From assembly GCA_018828205.1 (NCBI GenBank), contig JAHJWA010000245.1:1-39602 (forward strand): DNA of 39,602 nt, in the 5' to 3' direction. A program made the position numbers and the translations under genes. Source of the stretch: Alphaproteobacteria bacterium. Its GTDB lineage: Bacteria; Pseudomonadota; Alphaproteobacteria; Sphingomonadales; Sphingomonadaceae. The notes beneath the pieces are model-generated. The model had not been told where the DNA came from. It was given only the letters and a program-made list of their open reading frames with translations, and searched no databases. This document shows positions 17,826-25,955 of this stretch, in pieces (positions within the stretch are counted from its first letter, which is position 1; each line of letters starts with the position of its first letter).

Positions 17826-19269
17826 CGGTCGCCTCCTCGTGATCCCGCGGAAGTGTATCGGGATCACCCGGGTTCTGGGACGGGCCTGGCGTGATACCAG
17901 CGGTCCGGATCGGCCCGGTGTCCCCGCGCTTGACGCCGTATTCGCCTGCATGCGGTGGCTTGTGCATGAGGTGCAGGATATACCAGACGCCTGCGCCGAA
18001 GACGACGAAGTAGACGATCACGAAGGCGAGAAGCGAGGCTGCGACTGCAGGAGCATCCAGCGGGCTTGCCGCATCAGCCGTTCGCAGCAGATTATAGATC
18101 ACGTAGGGCTGCCTGCCGACCTCGGTCGTAATCCATCCTGCGAGGACAGCAATGAATCCGCTTGGCGCCATGACCAGTGCGGCCTTGTGCAATAGCGGCC
18201 AGTCGTAGAGTTTCTTACGGAAGCGAGCGAACAAGCTCCAAGCGCCAATACCAAGCATGGCAAAACCGATCCCGACCATGATGCGGAATGACCAGAACAC
18301 GATGCCGACCGGCGGTTCCTCGTCATCAGGAATCGTGTCCAGCCCGGCAAGGGGAGCATTCAGGTCATGCTTGAGAATGAGCGATGACGCCTTGGGTATC
18401 TCAATCGCGTAATCGACTCGCTTCTCCTCGCTGTTCGGGATGCCGAACAGAATCAGTGGCGCTCCATTGGGATGGCTCTCATAATGACCTTCCATCGCCA
18501 TCACCTTTTGAGGCTGGTGCTCGAGCGTATTGAGCCCGTGCATGTCGCCAGCAAAGATCTGGATCGGCGCAACGATGGCCGCCATCCACATCGCCATCGA
18601 GAACATCTTGCGCGCGTGTAGGTTGGTCCGGTCCTTCAGCAGATGCCAGGCACCCACCCCGCCGACAACAAAGGCGGTTGTTAGATAGGCGGCGATGACC
18701 GTGTGGACGAGGCGATAGGGAAAGCTCGGGTTGAACACGATGTCCCACCAACTTTCACCTGGCAGGTATTGCCCGTTCGCGCCGATCTCATATCCAACCG
18801 GTGTCTGCATCCAACTGTTGACCGACAGGATCCAGAAGGCGCTGATGAAGGTGCCGATGGCTACCATGAGCGTCGCCGCGAAGTGCAACTTCTTGCCGAC
18901 TTTGTTCATGCCAAAGAGCATGACGCCGAGGAAGCCCGCTTCGAGGAAGAACGCGGTCAGCACCTCGTAAGCCATGAGCGGGCCGATCACTGGACCAGCT
19001 ATGTCAGAGAATTTCGACCAGTTGGTGCCGAACTGGTAGGACATCACGATGCCGGAAACGACGCCCATCGCGAAGGCGATCGCGAAGATCTTCAGCCAGT
19101 ATTTGAACAGGTCGAGATAAATCGACTTGCCGGTCTTCAGCCACAACCCTTCGAGCACTGCAAGGTAGCTCGCAAGTCCGATGGAAAATGCTGGAAAGAT
19201 GAAGTGAAAGCTTACCGTGAAGGCGAACTGGATGCGAGCAAGCAGAAGGGCGTCTAGCTGTTCGAACAT
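17815..19269 (-). CDS. cydA: Cytochrome bd ubiquinol oxidase subunit I (CioA-type, short Q-loop)
   Basis: ARIQFAFTVSFH, QFGTNW, EVLTAFFLEAGF, NSWMQTP, QPQKVMAMEG, GWITTEVGRQP. Confidence 0.96.
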   Translation of the reverse strand: MFEQLDALLLARIQFAFTVSFHFIFPAFSIGLASYLAVLEGLWLKTGKSIYLDLFKYWLKIFAIAFAMGVVSGIVMSYQFGTNWSKFSDIAGPVIGPLMAYEVLTAFFLEAGFLGVMLFGMNKVGKKLHFAATLMVAIGTFISAFWILSVNSWMQTPVGYEIGANGQYLPGESWWDIVFNPSFPYRLVHTVIAAYLTTAFVVGGVGAWHLLKDRTNLHARKMFSMAMWMAAIVAPIQIFAGDMHGLNTLEHQPQKVMAMEGHYESHPNGAPLILFGIPNSEEKRVDYAIEIPKASSLILKHDLNAPLAGLDTIPDDEEPPVGIVFWSFRIMVGIGFAMLGIGAWSLFARFRKKLYDWPLLHKAALVMAPSGFIAVLAGWITTEVGRQPYVIYNLLRTADAASPLDAPAVAASLLAFVIVYFVVFGAGVWYILHLMHKPPHAGEYGVKRGDTGPIRTAGITPGPSQNPGDPDTLPRDHEEATDGR

Positions 19270-19272
19270 TTT

Positions 19273-19428
19273 TTATCCGTCTTGCTTTTCGGCGCGTGCC
19301 GTGCGCCAGCGGTAAAAGGTCTTTTCAGAGATCCCGATTTCGCGGCAACTCTCGCAAACACCTTTCCCTGCTGCGATCAGAGCTTCGATCTCCCGGCAGC
19401 GCGCCTCCTTGTTAGGAATCGCTGGCAT
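19273..19428 (-). CDS. 51-aa helix-turn-helix microprotein (IS3 OrfA-like HTH) with CxxC
   Basis: Below the ORF-track cutoff. Manual translation: MPAIPNKEARCREIEALIAAGKGVCESCREIGISEKTFYRWRTARAEKQDG. ATG overlaps the sulP stop (TGATG); its stop is 3 nt before the cydA ATG. Confidence 0.72.
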   Translation of the reverse strand: MPAIPNKEARCREIEALIAAGKGVCESCREIGISEKTFYRWRTARAEKQDG

Positions 19429-21236
19429 CAGATCATCCCTCTCGCGGCGTCTGCTATCGGCTCGACAGGCGGACCACCATTAGCAGAGAGCTCCCGGAAG
19501 GCGCGGTTCTGCGATAGAAAGACCTGTCCATTGAGTTCCTCGACGAAATGCGTTCGCTTCAGACGGTCCATGACCGGGCCCTTTACTTCGGACAGGTGAA
19601 GGCCGATGCCCGCATCGATCATCCGGTGATTGATCGCTTCGAGGCTTTCGAGGCCGGAGGCGTCGATCTCGTTGACCGCGCTGCACATCAGGATGAGATG
19701 GCGCACGTCGGGTCGGTCGGCAATTTCCTCCAACACGTATTCCTCCAGCCAGCGCGCGTTGAGGTAGGTCAGGCTCTCATCGATCCGGATCGACAGGACA
19801 TGCGGCACGGTGAAGACCTTGTGCCGATCGACATTGCGAAAATGCTCTGTCTCGGGGACGCGCCCGACGATGGCTGCATGCGGGCGGCTGGCCCGCCACA
19901 GGTAAAGCAGCAAGCCGACGCCCACGCCGGCGATCACGCCCAGTTCGACTCCCGCGAGAAGCGTGATGGCTATCGTCGCCATGTGCGCGGCAAAATCCGC
20001 CTTGGAGTAATTCCAAAGTTGTCCGGGTGTCTTAAGATCAACGAGGCTGAGAACTGCGACGATAATCGTGGCGGCCAAGGTGGCGATGGGCAGGCTGTAT
20101 AGAAGCGGGGTGAGGAACAGGCCGGCAAGTGCGATGCCGACTGCTGTGTAGGCCCCGGCCGCTGGCGTTTCGGCCCCGGCATCGAAATTTACGACCGAGC
20201 GAGCGAAGCCGCCCGTGACGGGGTAGCCACCGGAAAAGGCGCTGGCGATGTTCGATGCGCCGAGGCCAATCAATTCCTGGTTCGGCGCGATCCTCTGCCT
20301 GCGCTTCGCAGCAAGAGTCTGCGCGACCGATACGCTTTCTACAAAGCCGATGATGGAGATGAGCAGTGCCGGAACCCACAACTGCCCAATCAAGCCAAGA
20401 TCGGTGGATGGGAGGGCGAATGGAGGTAGGCCTTGCGGGATTGCGCCTACGAGGTTTACGCCGCGGTCTTCGAGGTCGAGGCCAACTGCCGCCAAGATCG
20501 TCGCGATCACCGCGACGACCGGCCCCGCCTTGGCAGCAATGTCGGCAGCACGCGGTGTCAAGCCCAGTTTGACCAAATTTGGCTTCAAACCCTTGCGCAC
20601 CCAGAACAGGAACAGCGTTGCGGGAATACCGACTGCGAGGGTCCACGGATTGATCGTGTTGATCGTAGAAGCGAGCCCGCCGAGCATTTCGGGCCAATTG
20701 TCGCCACCCGCCGTGACGCCGAGGATGTGCTTCAATTGGCTCGTCGCGATCAGGATGCCACTGGCGGTGATGAACCCACTGATGACCGGATGCGAGAGCA
20801 AGTTAGCGAGGAAGCCCATGCGCAGGAAGCCGAGCAGGGCCAGCATCACGCCGGACAAGGCGGCGAGCGTGATTGCGGCTTCGAGATAAAGCGCGGTGCC
20901 TTGAGCCGCGACCGCTCCGGCTGCGCTTGCCGTCATCAGCGACACCACTGCCACGGGCCCCACCGCGAGGGTGCGGCTGGTGCCGAAGATCGCATAGGCA
21001 ACCAGCGGCAGTATCGATGCGTAGAGGCCCACCACCGGCGGCAGCCCCGCCAGCAGCGCATAGGCGAGGCTCTGCGGGATCAGCATGATCGTTACGATGA
21101 TCGCCGCGACGAGATCGTTCGTAAGGACCGAACCGTTATAGGTCCGGCCCCATTCGAGGATTGGCAGGTATTGCGCCACCAGTCCGAGCTTGTGCCTGCG
21201 CGGCAAGCCAGACGCTTCTGGATTGCTCTCGCTCAC
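19428..21236 (-). CDS. sulP: SulP/SLC26 inorganic anion transporter with STAS domain
   Basis: LIPQSLAYALLAG, GLYAS, FGTSRTLAVGP, NQELIGLG, GGFARS, C-terminal STAS; GTG start inferred 2 nt after the sqr stop. Confidence 0.93.
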   Translation of the reverse strand: MSESNPEASGLPRRHKLGLVAQYLPILEWGRTYNGSVLTNDLVAAIIVTIMLIPQSLAYALLAGLPPVVGLYASILPLVAYAIFGTSRTLAVGPVAVVSLMTASAAGAVAAQGTALYLEAAITLAALSGVMLALLGFLRMGFLANLLSHPVISGFITASGILIATSQLKHILGVTAGGDNWPEMLGGLASTINTINPWTLAVGIPATLFLFWVRKGLKPNLVKLGLTPRAADIAAKAGPVVAVIATILAAVGLDLEDRGVNLVGAIPQGLPPFALPSTDLGLIGQLWVPALLISIIGFVESVSVAQTLAAKRRQRIAPNQELIGLGASNIASAFSGGYPVTGGFARSVVNFDAGAETPAAGAYTAVGIALAGLFLTPLLYSLPIATLAATIIVAVLSLVDLKTPGQLWNYSKADFAAHMATIAITLLAGVELGVIAGVGVGLLLYLWRASRPHAAIVGRVPETEHFRNVDRHKVFTVPHVLSIRIDESLTYLNARWLEEYVLEEIADRPDVRHLILMCSAVNEIDASGLESLEAINHRMIDAGIGLHLSEVKGPVMDRLKRTHFVEELNGQVFLSQNRAFRELSANGGPPVEPIADAARGMI

Positions 21237-21238
21237 GA

Positions 21239-22471
21239 TCAGGCAGCTTTCTTCATTTGCGGTTTGGCCAGCCACTCATGGCCCTTGAGCATGCCGTTCC
21301 AGTAGACCCAGGGCAGAGCTTCCGATTTCAGTAGCCAGCTGAGCCGTCGCGGTCGCGTGCCGTCGATAACCCATTTCGGGAAGCTCGGGAGAAGCTTTCC
21401 GTCATATCCGAACTCGGCCAACACAATCTTTCCGCGTTCGACGGTCAGCGGGCATGAGCCGTAGCCGTCGTAGTCGGCCCAAGGCTGCTTTGCATCGAGC
21501 TGGGCGAGCGCATTGACTGCAACGATCGGGGCCTGCTTACGCGCAGCGGCCATCGTCTTGGCATTGGGTGTGGAACCGGCATCGCCGATGCCGAAAACGT
21601 TCGGATAACGAACGTGCTGGAGCGTGAACTTGTCGATATCGACAAAGCCGCTTTCGGCGTTGGCGAGCGGGCTGTCGGCAACGAATTGCGGTGCAACCTG
21701 CGGCGGCACTGCGTGAAGCATGTCGAATTCGACAGTCTCCTCACCGGCTTCGGTCTTGAAGACGGCCTTTTTGCTGGGGCCGTCAACCGCGACGAGCGTC
21801 TGGTTGAGTTTGAGGTCGATTCCGTATTTCTCGACATACTCCATTAGCGCCGGGACGTATTCCTTCACCCCGAACAGGACGCCACCGGCATTGCGGAATT
21901 CAACGTCAATATCGTCGAGCACACCGCGTTCCATCCAGGCATCGCATGAAAGATACATCGCTTTCTGCGGCGCACCTGCGCACTTGATGGGCATCGGCGG
22001 CTGGCTGAAGATCGCGCGGCCCGATTTCAGGTTGCGCACGAGGTCCCATGTGTAGGGCGCCAGATCGTAGCGGTAGTTGGAGGTAACACCGTTCTTGCCG
22101 AGCGTTTCCTCCAGACCGTCAATCTTTTCCCAGGCAAGCCGGATGCCCGGAGCGACGATCAGAAGGCGGTAGGTAATTGTCGCGCCGTCGCTGAGCGTGA
22201 CCTGATTGTTTTCGGGCTGGAAAGACGCGGCGGACTGTTTCAACCAGGTCGCCTGTTTCGGCATCACGCTCGCCGTGGTGCGCCTAGTGGCTGGCGCTTC
22301 GAAGACGCCTCCGCCGACCATCGTCCAGCCAGGCTGATAATAGTGATCCTCGCTCGGCTCGACGATCGCGATATCGAGCGATGGGCGCCGCTTCAGCATG
22401 GAAGATGCGGTTGCAATTCCTGCCGAACCTCCGCCGATGATGACGACTTCATGATTTAGGCTTCGGGCCAT
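21239..22471 (-). CDS. sqr: Sulfide:quinone oxidoreductase (type II-like)
   Basis: FAD motif IIGGGSAG, HYYQPGWTMVGGG, catalytic Cys pair KCAGAPQK and YGSCP, AEFGY. Confidence 0.92.
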   Translation of the reverse strand: MARSLNHEVVIIGGGSAGIATASSMLKRRPSLDIAIVEPSEDHYYQPGWTMVGGGVFEAPATRRTTASVMPKQATWLKQSAASFQPENNQVTLSDGATITYRLLIVAPGIRLAWEKIDGLEETLGKNGVTSNYRYDLAPYTWDLVRNLKSGRAIFSQPPMPIKCAGAPQKAMYLSCDAWMERGVLDDIDVEFRNAGGVLFGVKEYVPALMEYVEKYGIDLKLNQTLVAVDGPSKKAVFKTEAGEETVEFDMLHAVPPQVAPQFVADSPLANAESGFVDIDKFTLQHVRYPNVFGIGDAGSTPNAKTMAAARKQAPIVAVNALAQLDAKQPWADYDGYGSCPLTVERGKIVLAEFGYDGKLLPSFPKWVIDGTRPRRLSWLLKSEALPWVYWNGMLKGHEWLAKPQMKKAA

Positions 22472-22495
22472 GACAAACTCTCCAGTATCTTTTCG

Positions 22496-22909
22496 TTATT
22501 CGCCAAGCCGGTCGCGCAAACCGGACAAATCGTAGCCTGCTCGCTCGGCGCGTTCGATGCGCGCGTCGGCGGTTTCATTCTCGACGTTGGCGAGTGCATC
22601 GAGCGTAATGGAGCGCGTCCCGGTCCGGCAAAAGGCAAGCACCTTGCCATCCGCTTCTTCGCGGACCGTGGCGAAGGCCTTGATCGCAACCTGCGGAAAT
22701 TCGCCACCCGAGACCGGGATATGATGGAAGGCCAACCCAACCGCTTCGGCTGCTTCTCGCATTGATGCGACGGTGGGCTGGTTCGGCTCTTCGCCATCCG
22801 GCCTGTTGCAAATTACTGTGCCAAACCCACCATCGGCCAGTTCAGCCAGATCGCCGGGTTCAAGCTGTTGGGAGACGGCGAAAGTGTCGCTTACCTGTGT
22901 AAGCTTCAT
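22496..22909 (-). CDS. TIGR01244/DUF442 sulfurtransferase
   Basis: VICNRPDGEE, HHIPV, AFCRTGTRS active-site loop; ATGA overlap with upstream gene. Confidence 0.9.
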   Translation of the reverse strand: MKLTQVSDTFAVSQQLEPGDLAELADGGFGTVICNRPDGEEPNQPTVASMREAAEAVGLAFHHIPVSGGEFPQVAIKAFATVREEADGKVLAFCRTGTRSITLDALANVENETADARIERAERAGYDLSGLRDRLGE

Positions 22910-23325
22910 GACGATGCTCCTTCCATAAGTCGGACAACAGCCATGCCAGCGAGCATTGCGACGACGAATATCGCGGCAGATGCAGGTTCGATTACAAGCG
23001 CAGCGATGCCCGGTCCCGGACAGAGTCCGGCGATTCCCCAGCCGATACCGAACAGAGCCGCGCCGCCCACCAGGCGTGGCGTGAGATCGGATTTGGTCGG
23101 GAGGTGGAATTCTTTCGCAGCGAAGGGCTCGGCCATCCGCGGGACCAGTCGCCAAGCAACCGCCATCACAATGACGGCACCGCCCATGACAAATGCAAGC
23201 GTCGGATCCCAGTCGCCAAACACGTCAAGGAAACCGCGCACGCGCGCCGGATCGGTCATGCCACCGAGGGCAAGGCCCGCCCCGAACAGAGTTCCGGTGA
23301 CCAAAGAGATAAAGGCGGTCCGCAT
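22906..23325 (-). CDS. YeeE/YedE-family sulfur-compound transporter subunit (PmpB-like)
   Basis: GMTDPARVRGFLD, WDPTLAFVMGGA, FGIGWGIAGLCPGP. Confidence 0.9.
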   Translation of the reverse strand: MRTAFISLVTGTLFGAGLALGGMTDPARVRGFLDVFGDWDPTLAFVMGGAVIVMAVAWRLVPRMAEPFAAKEFHLPTKSDLTPRLVGGAALFGIGWGIAGLCPGPGIAALVIEPASAAIFVVAMLAGMAVVRLMEGASS

Positions 23326-23771
23326 CACAGCACCTCCAGCCCGAGCGCATTCATGATCGCGACCGTGGCAATGCCGGTAGCCATGAACGTGAGCGTGGCG
23401 ACGATCGAGCGGCCGGAAAGGCGGCTCACGCCGCAAACCCCATGCCCGCTGGTGCAGCCGCTGCCGAGACGTGTCCCGATGCCCACCACCAGTCCAGCAA
23501 TCGCAAGCGTAACCGGGTTTGCGAAGGTGGCATCAATTCCACCCGATGCCAGCATTACGATCAGCGCACCCAGAGGCAGGCCGATGACGAACATCCATGC
23601 GCCGCCCCTTGCAATGCCGCTGCCGCCGAGCCCGACTGCCTTCGCAGCAAGGCCGGAAACACCAGCGATCCTGCCAAGGCCGAGCAGCATGACCGCTGCG
23701 GCAAGGCCGATAAGCACTCCGCCAGCCAGTCCGGCGAGGGGTGCGGCTTCAGGAAAACCAGGCAACGTCAT
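23325..23771 (-). CDS. YeeE/YedE-family sulfur-compound transporter subunit (PmpA-like)
   Basis: GGVLIGLAA, GRIAGVSG, GTRLGSGCTSGHGVCG, RSIVATLTFM. Confidence 0.9.
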   Translation of the reverse strand: MTLPGFPEAAPLAGLAGGVLIGLAAAVMLLGLGRIAGVSGLAAKAVGLGGSGIARGGAWMFVIGLPLGALIVMLASGGIDATFANPVTLAIAGLVVGIGTRLGSGCTSGHGVCGVSRLSGRSIVATLTFMATGIATVAIMNALGLEVL

Positions 23772-24697
23772 ACGGCGTTGACCGGAATCTTGATGTAGCT
23801 GACGCCATTCTCTTCCGGGTCCGGCAGTCGCCCACCACGGATGTTCACCTGCACCGAAGGCATTATCAGCTTGGGCATCGAGAGCGTCCTGTCGCGGTCG
23901 GTTCGCATCGCGACGAAGTCCTCTTCGGTCACGCCATCCTTCACATGCACGTTTTCCTCGCGCTGCTGTTTGACGGTGGTCTCCCAGGCATATTCGTCGC
24001 GGCCCGGCGCCTTGTAGTCGTGACATAGGAAGAGCCGGGTCTCGTCCGGGAGCGACAGCAGCCGGCGTATCGAGCGGAACAGTTGTCCTGCGTCGCCGCC
24101 GGGGAAATCTGCGCGTGCGGTGCCGAAATCGGGCATGAAGATCGTGTCGCCGACGAAGGCCGCGTCGCCGATGATGAAAGCCATGTCGGCGGGAGTGTGA
24201 CCGGGCACATGGAGGGCGATACCTTCGAGCTCGCCGACCTTGAAGGTCTCACCATCCTCGAACAGCTTGTCGAACTGCGATCCGTCGCGTTCGAAGTCGG
24301 TGCCCGCATTGAAGAGTTTCCCGAAGACTTCCTGCACGCGGATGATATCGCGGCCGATAGCCAACTTCCCGCCAAGCCGCTCCTGAAGATAAGGGGCGGC
24401 AGATATGTGATCGGCGTGGGCGTGGGTCTCAATAAGCCATATCACTTTCAGGTTATTCGAGGTGACATACTCAATGATGCGGTCTGCTGAGCCATTCGAG
24501 GTCCGGCCGGAAGCCGCCTCGAAGTCCAACACCGAGTCGATGATCGCCGCTTCATCCGTCTTGGGGTCGTGGACGACATAGGAGACGGTATTCGTCGCTT
24601 CGTCGAAAAATCCCGCAATCGAGGGGCGCAGGCATTTGTCGGCCTGGGCACGTTCGATCTGAGAAGCGGCATTCTTGAGGTTCTGATCGTCAGCCAT
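23768..24697 (-). CDS. pdo: Persulfide dioxygenase (type II, Blh/SdoA/ETHE1-like MBL fold)
   Basis: ETHAHADH, PGHTPAD, GDTIFMPDFGTARADFPGG, LCHDY, PKLIMPSVQVN; start MADDQ has a GGAGA RBS (alternative start 24715). Confidence 0.92.
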   Translation of the reverse strand: MADDQNLKNAASQIERAQADKCLRPSIAGFFDEATNTVSYVVHDPKTDEAAIIDSVLDFEAASGRTSNGSADRIIEYVTSNNLKVIWLIETHAHADHISAAPYLQERLGGKLAIGRDIIRVQEVFGKLFNAGTDFERDGSQFDKLFEDGETFKVGELEGIALHVPGHTPADMAFIIGDAAFVGDTIFMPDFGTARADFPGGDAGQLFRSIRRLLSLPDETRLFLCHDYKAPGRDEYAWETTVKQQREENVHVKDGVTEEDFVAMRTDRDRTLSMPKLIMPSVQVNIRGGRLPDPEENGVSYIKIPVNAV

Positions 24698-24717
24698 AGC
24701 TTGATCTCCATTCATTT

Positions 24718-24755
24718 ACATAAATCGTTTATATGTGTTGCTATTGATCTGTCAA
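24718..24755 (-). promoter_or_regulatory. Sigma70-like promoter of the pdo operon overlapped by an AT-rich ArsR-type palindrome
   Basis: Minus strand TTGACA (24755-24750)-N16-TATAAA (24733-24728); imperfect inverted repeat ACATAAA-TCG-TTTATAT at 24718-24734. Confidence 0.65.
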
Positions 24756-24771
24756 GTGGTATGAAGGTCGG

Positions 24772-25440
24772 ATGACACAGATGATCAAAGCTGATGCCGA
24801 ACGAGAGGCACCCTGCGCAGGACTACGTATCGGAGATGTAGCTCCGGACTTTTCTGCGCGAAGCACGACAGGAGATGTCCGCCTTTCGGATCACCGGGGG
24901 CGGTGGTTGATCCTGTTCTCGCACCCGGCCGATTTCACGCCCGTTTGCACGACCGAGTTCGTGGCCCTGGCTGAGTCAGCAGGCGAGTTTGAGCAGCGCG
25001 ATTGCGCGCTGATGGCGCTCTCTGTCGATAGCCTGTTCTCGCATTTCGCCTGGCTGCGACTGATCCGCGATCGCTACGATATCGAGGTGCGTTTTCCGAT
25101 TGTGGAGGACCCCACGCTCGTAATCGGCCGCGCTTATGGGATGGTCGCGCCGAACGATAACGACAGCGCGACAGTGCGGACGACATTCTTCATCGACCCC
25201 GAGGGGGTGATCCGTGCGATGACCTGCTATCCTGCCAATGTCGGTCGCTCGACGCCTGAAATGCTACGGACTCTCGACGCGCTTCAGGCAGTAGACAATG
25301 GCCCCGTATTGGCACCTGCCAACTGGAAGCCGGGCGAGGCATTGCTGGCTCAGCCCGATGCTTCGCTCGACACCGTATTTTCCGCAAAAGGCCAGACCGA
25401 CTGGTTCATGAAGGAAACCAAGCGAGGGTCGAAGAGATGA
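24772..25440 (+). CDS. Peroxiredoxin (second Prx6-family paralogue)
   Basis: LFSHPADFTPVCTTE, TVRTTFFIDP, YPANVGRS, PANW. Confidence 0.92.
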   Translation: MTQMIKADAEREAPCAGLRIGDVAPDFSARSTTGDVRLSDHRGRWLILFSHPADFTPVCTTEFVALAESAGEFEQRDCALMALSVDSLFSHFAWLRLIRDRYDIEVRFPIVEDPTLVIGRAYGMVAPNDNDSATVRTTFFIDPEGVIRAMTCYPANVGRSTPEMLRTLDALQAVDNGPVLAPANWKPGEALLAQPDASLDTVFSAKGQTDWFMKETKRGSKR

Positions 25441-25799
25441 CCGACGAAGATTTGGTCGATGCCTTGAAGGCTCTCGCGCACCCCGTGCGTTTGCGGATCA
25501 TGAAGGCGCTTTCCGGCACGGAACGCAATGTCGGAGAGATCGACGACGCAGCCGAGATCGGCCAGCCGACGCTTTCGCAGCAGCTAGCGGTCCTTCGCAA
25601 TGCGGGCCTCGTTAAGACCCGGAAGGATGCCAAGCTCGTCTATTACCGGATAGATGATGACAGGCTTGCGAAGGTTGTTGATGCGGCAGGAGATCTCGGC
25701 GGATTGGCCGTTAGACCCACGCGCCATCCGCGCCAGCCCGCACCTGGGGTGGCTAATTTTGCCAAGCTTGAAGGTCTATATCCGCTTGATGGGCGATAG
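25437..25799 (+). CDS. ArsR/SmtB-family transcriptional regulator (BigR/SqrR-like scaffold, no cysteine)
   Basis: LKALAHPVRLRI, ERNVGEI, QPTLSQQLAVLRNAGLV, VYYR; ATGA overlap with Prx. Confidence 0.92.
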   Translation: MTDEDLVDALKALAHPVRLRIMKALSGTERNVGEIDDAAEIGQPTLSQQLAVLRNAGLVKTRKDAKLVYYRIDDDRLAKVVDAAGDLGGLAVRPTRHPRQPAPGVANFAKLEGLYPLDGR

Positions 25800-25955
25800 G
25801 TCCGAACCGGCCTCTTCGAATCAGCGTGAATATTATCGATCAGCGCGTGGCCGACGACTGATTTGAAATGGCCGCTTACAGGCAGTTCTAGCGGGATCCT
25901 GAATGACCGCCTTGGGGGCGCAAAGCGGACAACATGTAGCCTTGAAGAGAGACCC

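Noticed and set aside
19273-19428. Reading the small HTH ORF as plain IS3 debris
   Set aside because: No inverted repeats, orfB remnant or target duplication are visible, and its start and stop fit the operon exactly. Kept as a CDS, although IS ancestry is likely.
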